DNA of 64,000 nt from an uncultured Bacilli bacterium (lineage in GTDB: Bacteria > Bacillota_I > Bacilli_A > RFN20 > CAG-826): contig CALVOX010000002.1 in the NCBI GenBank assembly GCA_944350425.1, positions 83,649 through 147,648 on the forward strand, written 5' to 3'. The position numbers were made by a program, and so were the translations under genes. Shown here piece after piece: positions 29,283 through 38,830 of the stretch (its first letter is position 1; the number at the start of each line of letters is the position of its first letter). The notes beneath the pieces were generated by a model. That model did no database searches. It had not been told where the DNA came from and worked only from the letters and a program-made list of their open reading frames with translations.

Positions 29283-30338
29283 ATGAATAAGACAAAATTA
29301 AAAATAAATATGTACGCTAAAGGCTTAAACATTAAAGGCCAAGGTGTAGGTTCAAATTTCTTTGAACAAGTTGATTTAGTTAAAAAAATTGATAGTTTAG
29401 AAGTAAGTATTAATGGGAATAATCCTTCTAAATATGATATTAATCATTTTCATACGGTTAATCCTTCTTTATATTTAAAATATCGTAAAAAGAATATCAA
29501 TATATGTTATGTTCATTTTATTCCTGATCCTAATGATGGTAGTTTAAAAATGCCTAAATGGATGTTTAATATCTATTCTAAATATGTAAGAAAGTTTTAT
29601 TCTAAAGCTGATGAAGTAATTGTAGTTAATCCTTATTATATTAATGATTTAGTAAATAAACTTAATTTAAATAGAGATAATATCACTTACATACCTAACT
29701 ATGTAAGTGATAAGAAATTCTTTAAAATAGAAGATAAAGAATTACTTAATAAGATAAAAGATGAATTTAATATACCTAAAGATAAATTTATTGTTTTAGG
29801 AGTAGGACAAACTCAAACTAGAAAAGGGGTATTAGATTTTGTTGAAGTAGCAAAAAGGAATAAAGATAAATTCTTTATCTGGGCTGGTGGATTTTCTTTT
29901 GGAAAAATAACTAGTGGATATGAAGAAATTAAAAAGGTAATGGATAATCCTCCTAGTAATGTTAAGTTTTTAGGAATTATCTCTCGAGAAAGAATGAATG
30001 AAATATTTAATATTTCAGACATATTATTTCTACCATCATATCAAGAATTATTCCCAGTTACTTTATTAGAATGTATTAATGTTACTAAACCATTCTTAGT
30101 AAGAGATTTAACTTTATATAAAGATATCTTCTTCTCTCCTTACTTAGTAGGACATAATAATGATGAATTTAGTGATATCATCACTAAATTAAGTATTGAT
30201 AAAGATTATTACTTAAAAGGAGAATCTTACTCTAAAGAAATAAAAGAATTTTATAGTGAAAAGAATGTTAAGAAGTTATGGGAAGATTATTACTTTAGAA
30301 TCTATAATAAATATCCTAATAAACATCATTCTAAATAG
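29283..30338 (+). CDS. GT4 glycosyltransferase (CpoA/DGS-like glycolipid synthase)
   Basis: KGQGVGS, GQTQTRKGV, FIWAGGFSFGKIT, LPSYQELFPVTLLE. Confidence 0.85.
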   Translation: MNKTKLKINMYAKGLNIKGQGVGSNFFEQVDLVKKIDSLEVSINGNNPSKYDINHFHTVNPSLYLKYRKKNINICYVHFIPDPNDGSLKMPKWMFNIYSKYVRKFYSKADEVIVVNPYYINDLVNKLNLNRDNITYIPNYVSDKKFFKIEDKELLNKIKDEFNIPKDKFIVLGVGQTQTRKGVLDFVEVAKRNKDKFFIWAGGFSFGKITSGYEEIKKVMDNPPSNVKFLGIISRERMNEIFNISDILFLPSYQELFPVTLLECINVTKPFLVRDLTLYKDIFFSPYLVGHNNDEFSDIITKLSIDKDYYLKGESYSKEIKEFYSEKNVKKLWEDYYFRIYNKYPNKHHSK

Positions 30339-30363
30339 AATTAAATATATAAGTTAAATAATT

Positions 30364-30401
30364 AAAATAGGTCAACCTTATAAAAGTGGTTGACCTATTT
30401 T
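30364..30401. terminator. Bidirectional terminator between the GT4 gene and groEL
   Basis: AAAATAGGTCAACC...GGTTGACCTATTTT. Confidence 0.75.
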
Positions 30402-30438
30402 ATTAAATATAAAGTGAATAAGATGATTGATAATCTAA

Positions 30439-32082
<1,644 letters not shown>

Positions 32083-32349
32083 TTATTTAATAACCGCGAT
32101 AATATCTTCATCTTTAATTAAAAGATATTCATCATCGTTATCTTTATATTTAGTAGTTGAATACTCTTTAAAAATAACTTTTACTCCTTTAACGAGTTCT
32201 TTATTTTTAACTTCACTTCCTACTTCAACAATATTTGCAACATTTCCTTCATCTTTTTTAGTAGTTGAAATGATAATGGAACCGACCTTTTTTTCTTCTT
32301 TAATTTCGTCTTTTTTTAGTAAACAATAGTTATTTAATGGTTGAATCAT
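32083..32349 (-). CDS. groS: Co-chaperonin GroES
   Basis: Start moved to MIQPLNN (AGGAGG RBS). EYLLIKDEDIIAVI C-terminus, directly upstream of groL. Confidence 0.93.
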   Translation of the reverse strand: MIQPLNNYCLLKKDEIKEEKKVGSIIISTTKKDEGNVANIVEVGSEVKNKELVKGVKVIFKEYSTTKYKDNDDEYLLIKDEDIIAVIK

Positions 32350-32393
32350 ATTGAATCCTCCTTTTAAAACCATAAATAATTGTAAACCACTTT

Positions 32394-32420
32394 TTAGCAA
32401 ATGCAAGCAAAGAGTGCTAA
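32394..32420 (-). promoter_or_regulatory. CIRCE (HrcA operator), one arm degenerate
   Basis: TTAGCACTC-N9-ATTTGCTAA versus consensus TTAGCACTC-N9-GAGTGCTAA, upstream of groS. Confidence 0.8.
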
Positions 32421-32526
32421 ATAATTTTATATCGATATATTCTTATATTTAATTTATACGATAAAATCGATAGTAATTTCTTTTTGGTTAACAATAAAAA
32501 ATTTTTAGAAATTAATTAAAATAAAC

Positions 32527-32557
32527 TAGACCTAAAGTAAAGTTTATGTTTTATAAT
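32527..32557 (+). promoter_or_regulatory. MerR-type autoregulated promoter (19-bp spacer)
   Basis: TAGACC-19bp-TATAAT containing ACCTAAAGTAAAGTTTATGT, 17/20 identical to the dyad at 29162. Confidence 0.7.
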
Positions 32558-32579
32558 TTAACAAAAATGAGGCAAAAAA

Positions 32580-33020
32580 ATGAAATATTCAATTGGACAA
32601 ATTTCTGAAAAATTTAATTTAACTATTTCACAAATAAGATATTACGATAAAGAAGGCTTACTTCCTAATCTCAAACGAGTTAATGGAGTAAGAAAATTTG
32701 ATGATAACGATGTAGAAACAATCTTTTTAATCGAATGTCTTAAAAAGTGTGGACTTCAAATTAAAGAGATAAAACAATTTATTGAATGGACTAAACAAGG
32801 CGATAATACGATTGATCTAAGATTAGAATTTTTTAATAAACAAAAACAAAAAGTAGAAAAAGAAATGCAAGAACTTAATAAAGTTTTAGATATGGTTAAA
32901 TATAAATGTTGGTATTATCAAAAAGCTAAAGAGTTAAATTCCATAAATAAGTTGGAAGAAAATAAGAAAGACCTTACTCCTTCATCTATTCAAAAATTAT
33001 ATGATAAAGCTCATTCTTAA
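32580..33020 (+). CDS. MerR-family regulator (AdhR/NmlR-like)
   Basis: YSIGQIS..IRYYDKEGLLP..R..GVRKF, IECLKKCG, YKCWYY. Confidence 0.9.
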   Translation: MKYSIGQISEKFNLTISQIRYYDKEGLLPNLKRVNGVRKFDDNDVETIFLIECLKKCGLQIKEIKQFIEWTKQGDNTIDLRLEFFNKQKQKVEKEMQELNKVLDMVKYKCWYYQKAKELNSINKLEENKKDLTPSSIQKLYDKAHS

Positions 33021-33087
33021 TTATTAAACTAAATAAAAATACCTTTAAATGAAAATTCATTTAAAGGTAATAAAGTTTATCTAAATG

Positions 33088-33171
33088 TGGCCCAAGTCGG
33101 ACTCGAACCGACACAGTATCGCTACCATTGGATTTTGAGTCCAACGCGTCTACCAATTTCGCCATTAGGCC
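33088..33171 (-). tRNA. tRNA-Leu(CAA)
   Basis: GGCCTAA/TTGGGCC acceptor, TTGGA-CT-CAA-AA-TCCAA anticodon arm, long variable arm, A73. CCA not encoded. Confidence 0.93.
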
Positions 33172-33188
33172 AAGTGCTATATATAATA

Positions 33189-33512
33189 TTATTTTTTATT
33201 TAACTTTTCATTAAGTTTTTCTACAAATTCTGCATTTTGTTTACTAAGATAAATATTCTTATACTTATTAGATCTTTTTAAAAATATAACTCCAAATATT
33301 AAAAGAATTATTGCTACTCCAATTAAAACAAATAAATACCAAGAAGATGCTATATCTTGAATTGGATTAAGATAAGAAACAACAAGTAAACTTAAAATAA
33401 TAATTAAAGCAATACCAACAAAAATAAATCCAATAGTCATCGTAACATTAGATTTTTTTAATATAACTTCTTTATCTAACTTTGATATTTCTTCTTCATT
33501 AAATCTAATCAT
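33189..33512 (-). CDS. Small two-TM membrane protein
   Basis: Two hydrophobic helices and a GAGG RBS. Confidence 0.65.
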   Translation of the reverse strand: MIRFNEEEISKLDKEVILKKSNVTMTIGFIFVGIALIIILSLLVVSYLNPIQDIASSWYLFVLIGVAIILLIFGVIFLKRSNKYKNIYLSKQNAEFVEKLNEKLNKK

Positions 33513-33588
33513 AATTACCTCAATCCTTTAAAAGTAAAATAATTATACTTAAAAAGTATATTTAATCATAGTTTAATTAATTTTAAGT

Positions 33589-33984
33589 TTAATATTTAGC
33601 ATGATAAGCATAAGGAATTAATTCTATTGCTTTTACTTTCTTTAAACCATTATTAGTATTAATAATTACATAGCAATCAGGAATATAATCAGAAAATATT
33701 TGACGGCAATTACCACATGGACTCATTATTTCATCATTTTCTCCATTAACTGCTACTATTGTATCAAATTCTCTTTTCCCATCTGTTAAAGCTTTACCTA
33801 AAGCAATTTGTTCAGCGCATGCTCCATGAACTGAATAGACATTAATTCCTAAATAAATGCTTCCATCTTTACATCTTAAAGCTGAACCAACAGTATGATT
33901 AAAATTTATTCCATCATAATTCTTTTTAATTACTTCTTTAGCTTTTTCAATTAATTCATAATCTAAACTATTTAATTCTTCCAT
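33589..33984 (-). CDS. Cytidine deaminase-family protein
   Basis: HTVGSAL, GACAE, SPCGNCRQ, ELIPYAY. Confidence 0.85.
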   Translation of the reverse strand: MEELNSLDYELIEKAKEVIKKNYDGINFNHTVGSALRCKDGSIYLGINVYSVHGACAEQIALGKALTDGKREFDTIVAVNGENDEIMSPCGNCRQIFSDYIPDCYVIINTNNGLKKVKAIELIPYAYHAKY

Positions 33985-34012
33985 ATTGATTACCTTTCAA
34001 TATTTTTAAATA

Positions 34013-34471
34013 TTATTCTAAATGCTTATGATACATTCTTGTTTCATGAATTCCATCTTCTTCTTTTACCATAGTTAAGAATTTATAGCCATATCTTCCA
34101 TATAAACTAGTATGGTCGGTTACTAAATATAAATCTAAAATTCCTTTAGATTCCATATCTACTTCTACTAGATTAAGCAAAGTTTTTGCTATACCATGGT
34201 GGCGATATTCTCCTTCAACATATAAAGCGCAGATATTTGGAGTTAAATCTTTCCTTAAATGAAAATCATTATCGATCACTCCTACTCCAGCTACTATACT
34301 TTCATGATCTAAACAAAGAAACCAACAATAGTTAGTTTTCTTGTTAATATAGTCTTCAAAACACTTGATATATTCTTCAACAGGTACATTAAATTTAGAG
34401 TTAAACCATTTAGCGGCATCAATTTTTAAATCAGGTCTGTCTCTTAAAGTAACATAGACTAGTTTATTCAT
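34013..34471 (-). CDS. GNAT-family acetyltransferase
   Basis: NDFHLRKDLTPNICALYV..YRHHGIA, YLVTDHTSLYGRYG. Confidence 0.85.
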   Translation of the reverse strand: MNKLVYVTLRDRPDLKIDAAKWFNSKFNVPVEEYIKCFEDYINKKTNYCWFLCLDHESIVAGVGVIDNDFHLRKDLTPNICALYVEGEYRHHGIAKTLLNLVEVDMESKGILDLYLVTDHTSLYGRYGYKFLTMVKEEDGIHETRMYHKHLE

Positions 34472-34568
34472 TTCTTTTCCTTTCTTTTATTAAATAATTC
34501 TTAAATTAATATAACATATTAATCTTATATTTAAAGAATATACAACCTAAATTCATAAGCCTTAAAAA

Positions 34569-34602
34569 TAAAAAAGCATAGTGACGATACTATGTTTTTC
34601 TT
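34569..34602 (-). terminator. Terminator after tRNA(CCG)
   Basis: AAAAAGCATAGT..ACTATGTTTTT hairpin. Confidence 0.6.
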
Positions 34603-34603
34603 T

Positions 34604-34677
34604 TGGCATGCCTAAGAGGAATCGAACCTCTAAATCTGACTTCGGAGATCAGCGGTTTACCATTAACCTATAGGCAT
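34604..34677 (-). tRNA. tRNA with CCG anticodon and Trp-like body (putative tRNA-Trp(CCG))
   Basis: 74 nt: ATGCCTA-TA-GGTT-AATGGTA-AACC-G-CTGAT-CT-CCG-AA-GTCAG-ATTT-AGAGG-TTCGATT-CCTCT-TAGGCAT-G-CCA. U20, A1:U72, G73. The tRNA gene itself is certain; the Trp identity is inferred. Confidence 0.9.
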
Positions 34678-34770
34678 ATAAATATATATTATTCTTTTAA
34701 AATAACTTTAATATTTTAAATTAAGTATGTAATAAATTTAAGTAAAAGTTGATTAGAATAATATATAAAT

Positions 34771-34800
34771 ATAAAAACGTGGAACTAACCACGTTTTTAT
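34771..34800 (-). terminator. Terminator of the EF-G-like gene
   Basis: ATAAAAACGTGG-N6-CCACGTTTTTAT. Confidence 0.7.
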
Positions 34801-34818
34801 ATTCAAAAGGAGTAATGC

Positions 34819-36873
34819 CTATTTAAGTTTATTTTCTTCAATTACTTTATCTTTTAAGTTAGCAGGCACTTCTTGATATTCTTCAAACTCTCTAACGAAA
34901 TATCCTCCACCTTGAGTAATTGATTTAAGTTTAGCTGAATATTCACTAATTTCAGCTTCTGGAATAGATGCAATAATCTTTTGAGATTCACTACCATCTT
35001 CTTCCATCATAATATTTTTAGCTCTTCTAGTATTTAAATCAGAGATAACATCACCAATATATTGGTTTTCAACATAGATAGTAACTTTCATGATAGGCTC
35101 TAAAATAATAGGTTTACAGTTCATATATGCTTCTTTAAAAGCTAGAATTGCAGCCATTTTAAAGGCCATTTCATTTGAATCAACTGGGTGATATTTACCA
35201 TCTTTAAGTGTACCTTTTACTCCAATTACTGGGAATCCTGCTAAGAGACCACTTTGTAAAGCTTCATAGAAACCTTTTTCAACAGCAGGGAAATATTGTT
35301 TAGGAACACTTCCTCCAAAGACTGTTTCTTCAAATTTATTTTCTTCACATGGTTCAAAATCCATGACTACAACACCATAGAATCCACTACCACCTGATTG
35401 TTTAATATATCTACCTGTTGCTTCAGCTTTACCTTTAATCGATTCACGATAAACTACCTTAGGTTTAGATACTTTAGTATTAATCTTATATGTATTTTTT
35501 AATTTATCTAAGATATAGGAAACATGGAAGTTGCCAAGCCCACCAACTAAAAGTTGTTTAGTCTCTTGATTTCTTTTAACTTCAACTGTTGGATCTTCTA
35601 AGACAATCTTTTGTAAAACATTTGAGAGTTTATCTTCATCTTTCTTATTTTCAACTTCAATTCCTCTAAAATATACCGCCGTTGGATATTTAGGCTTTTT
35701 AAAAGCAATTATACGTTTAGGGTCTGATAATGTATCACCAGTTTTTATACCTTCAACTTTAGAAATAGCACAAATATCTCCAGCACCAACTTTTTCTACT
35801 GGTATTTGTTTTTTACCTAATAAATAGAATAGATTAGATACTTTAAAATCACTATTTAATTCATAAGAATGAATAGTATCACCTAAAGATAATGAACCAC
35901 TATTAATCTTTAATATATTTATAGTTCCAGCATAAACATCGACCATAGTTTTAAAAACATAAGCACTAAATGGTTCTTCATTTTTACTTAATACTTCAAC
36001 TTCATTTCCATTTTCATCATGAGCTTCAAAGGAATTTAAATCACTAGGTGAAGGTAAATATTCACTTGTCATATGAAGCAAAGTATGACAACCGATAGTT
36101 TTAGTAGCACAACCTACAATTAAAGGAGTAATATCACCATCTAAAACACCTTTTCTTAAACCTTGAGAAATTTCTTCTTTAGTTAAAGTTTCACCTGCAA
36201 AGAATTTATCAAGAAGTTCATCGTTACTAGTAGCAACAGCCTCTAGAACCATGTTGTTATATTCTAAGACGATACCTTTTTTATCTTCATAAATTGGTGC
36301 ATCGACACATTTTTCACCATCAAATATTCTTGCATTTAAAGTAACGCAGTTAGCAAAACCATCAAATTGATCTGCATGACCTAAAGGATATGAAAATGGT
36401 GCAACTTTTTTACCTAATTTATCTCTTATTTCTTCTAATAATGCATCAAAGTCAATTCCTTCTTTATCCATTTTATTAACATAAATAATAGTTGGAATAT
36501 TTTTCTTTCTTAGCATTTTAAAATGCTTGATAGTACCTTGTTGAACGCCTGAAGTTGCGTCAATAACTAAAATTGCTCCTTTTACACAAGAAGTAACACC
36601 GATAATTTCACCTACGAAATCATCGTTTCCTGGAAGGTCTATAAAATTATAACGATAGCCTTCATATTCAACTGGAACAATAGAACCTTGGATAGAAGAA
36701 AGTCTATCTTGTTCTTCTTTAAGATAATCACTGATAGTTGTTCCTTTTTCTACACTTCCTTTTGTAGGACTATCAGTAGCTACTTGATATAAGGATTCTA
36801 CTAAAGTCGTCTTACCTGAGCCTTGGTGTCCAAGTATGACGACATTCCTTATTTTGTCGGGACTAAAACTCAT
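34819..36873 (-). CDS. Elongation factor G paralog (EF-G2 type)
   Basis: IRNVVILGHQGSGKTT, DLPGNDDF, NKMD, VYRESI, KQSGGSG, DGKYHPVDSNEMAF, ILEP. Confidence 0.9.
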   Translation of the reverse strand: MSFSPDKIRNVVILGHQGSGKTTLVESLYQVATDSPTKGSVEKGTTISDYLKEEQDRLSSIQGSIVPVEYEGYRYNFIDLPGNDDFVGEIIGVTSCVKGAILVIDATSGVQQGTIKHFKMLRKKNIPTIIYVNKMDKEGIDFDALLEEIRDKLGKKVAPFSYPLGHADQFDGFANCVTLNARIFDGEKCVDAPIYEDKKGIVLEYNNMVLEAVATSNDELLDKFFAGETLTKEEISQGLRKGVLDGDITPLIVGCATKTIGCHTLLHMTSEYLPSPSDLNSFEAHDENGNEVEVLSKNEEPFSAYVFKTMVDVYAGTINILKINSGSLSLGDTIHSYELNSDFKVSNLFYLLGKKQIPVEKVGAGDICAISKVEGIKTGDTLSDPKRIIAFKKPKYPTAVYFRGIEVENKKDEDKLSNVLQKIVLEDPTVEVKRNQETKQLLVGGLGNFHVSYILDKLKNTYKINTKVSKPKVVYRESIKGKAEATGRYIKQSGGSGFYGVVVMDFEPCEENKFEETVFGGSVPKQYFPAVEKGFYEALQSGLLAGFPVIGVKGTLKDGKYHPVDSNEMAFKMAAILAFKEAYMNCKPIILEPIMKVTIYVENQYIGDVISDLNTRRAKNIMMEEDGSESQKIIASIPEAEISEYSAKLKSITQGGGYFVREFEEYQEVPANLKDKVIEENKLK

Positions 36874-37171
36874 TATTTTTCCTCCTAATTATGTGAAGAG
36901 TTTTTTGAATAACTGAATTAATGATAACACGAACTTAAGAAAATACACATATATTTTTATTATTAATTAAGATTTTTATTTTTATTAAGAAAGAAGGATA
37001 AAAATAATAAAAATAAGAATGAAAATTGCAAAAATATAATTTTAGTTTTAAATACTAGATATAATAGTTTTTGGAATCTTAAAATTTAAATATCAATGAT
37101 ATTTATGTTGCAATCTTCATTTTTTAGTGTAATATAATGTTAAGCGAAGTTATCGCTATTTGGTTTTGTTT

Positions 37172-38830
37172 ATGAAAAAAAATTTACATATATTTGGTCT
37201 AAGTTTGATTCTTTCAAATTTAGTTACGTCTTGCGGCTTTAATCAAACTGCTTCAATCGATCAAAAACTTCTTCTTGATCCTTTTAAAGCATATACGATG
37301 ATTAATAACTACTACCAAGATGAAGCAAGATTATATTATGTTGAAACTAGTGGTGAACTTGTTTCTTCAAGAGGAAATAAAGAGTTAATTAAAGAATACA
37401 AAGTTAAAGATGGAAAAAAATTCTATTCTTTGAAATCTACTAAGTCTGATTTATTTGATCCAATATCTTTTAAAAGATATTTTAATGAAGTAGAAAATGA
37501 ATATGCAGTTTCTTTTAAGGATGAATCAGATGATATGATTTTTGTTGATACCAATAGCGAAACTCAATATTCAACTTTTTCTTTTTTAGACCATAAAAAT
37601 TATTCAGATACTTATGGTTATGATTTAAAAAGTATTACTAATTTTACAGTTTTTGATGGATATGAAAATTTGTCATTTAAAGAAGCTAAAATTAGTCGTA
37701 ATTCAAATAGTGAAATAGAATATTCCTATACTTTGAATTTATCATCAAAGCTAAATAATGGGGTTCAAATTAGCGAAGAAGATATTTCCTCATATTCTTC
37801 AATTAATGCTACTGTTTTAGAAGCTAGAGAAATTGATGCAATTAATGAGTTAAATGATGTAAATATTAAAGAAGCTTCTTTCAAACTTCTTTTTGATAAA
37901 ATTCGTAATGAAATTAATCAAATTATCGTAAACGAAACTTTAACTATTGGAAGCGTTCCTTTTACCTATACTTATACTTCAAATTTCCATACCTATATGA
38001 AAGAAAATCCGCTTCCTGGAACGACTCTACCAAATAAATATCAAGAATTAGTTAACGATATTTCTTCATCAATAGAATCTTCAAAAGATGTTCTTGTTGA
38101 AAATCTTTATATCGCATATCTAGATTTAAACAAAAAATATAAAGAAAAGAATTACTATACTACGACTGAATCTAGTGTCGAAGCTTTAGGTGGAATATAT
38201 TCTCAAACCGTTAAAGGATTTAAACTTAAAAATGATGATGATTATTTCTTCCAAACTGTAACTACTTCAGCTTTTGTTAATAAAGCCGAACAAAGATTTG
38301 AAAATCAAGTTGGAAATAAATATATGCTTGCTTCAGGAAATAATCCAAGTTCAAATTCAACTATCGGAAGTTGTGATTCACGGAACAATTTCGATGATTT
38401 GACAAAAGAGGAATATTTATTAAATATTGGGCATACAATGGATAACATTACAAATTACATTGTTGATGAAAATGATCCATCTAAATCATTTATAAATGCT
38501 ACTTCTTCAACTATTGATGGTAAGAAAGTTTATAGTTTTGAAATGTCGGTTAATGAAGATGATAACCACATAGATTCAACAAAAGATTACAAAGTTGAAA
38601 TGAATCATATGTCAAATATGGGACTTCCTTCATTCTCTTATTCAAATATTGAAATTCATCTTAAGGAAAATGAAGAAATTGATAAGATTGTTCAAAAGGA
38701 AAAATATAAGACTGGTGGTTTTGAATGTACTTCGACAATGACTACTTATTTCCATACCTATTCAGATATTAACGAGATTCCAAATGATATATTAAGTTTG
38801 TATAACGAAAGAATTAAAGGAGAGAATTAA
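37172..38830 (+). CDS. Lipoprotein built from two tandem homologous domains
   Basis: Start MKKNLH, lipobox VTSC. N-half YSDTYGYDLKSITNFTV aligns to C-half YLLNIGHTMDNITNYIV. Confidence 0.75.
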   Translation: MKKNLHIFGLSLILSNLVTSCGFNQTASIDQKLLLDPFKAYTMINNYYQDEARLYYVETSGELVSSRGNKELIKEYKVKDGKKFYSLKSTKSDLFDPISFKRYFNEVENEYAVSFKDESDDMIFVDTNSETQYSTFSFLDHKNYSDTYGYDLKSITNFTVFDGYENLSFKEAKISRNSNSEIEYSYTLNLSSKLNNGVQISEEDISSYSSINATVLEAREIDAINELNDVNIKEASFKLLFDKIRNEINQIIVNETLTIGSVPFTYTYTSNFHTYMKENPLPGTTLPNKYQELVNDISSSIESSKDVLVENLYIAYLDLNKKYKEKNYYTTTESSVEALGGIYSQTVKGFKLKNDDDYFFQTVTTSAFVNKAEQRFENQVGNKYMLASGNNPSSNSTIGSCDSRNNFDDLTKEEYLLNIGHTMDNITNYIVDENDPSKSFINATSSTIDGKKVYSFEMSVNEDDNHIDSTKDYKVEMNHMSNMGLPSFSYSNIEIHLKENEEIDKIVQKEKYKTGGFECTSTMTTYFHTYSDINEIPNDILSLYNERIKGEN

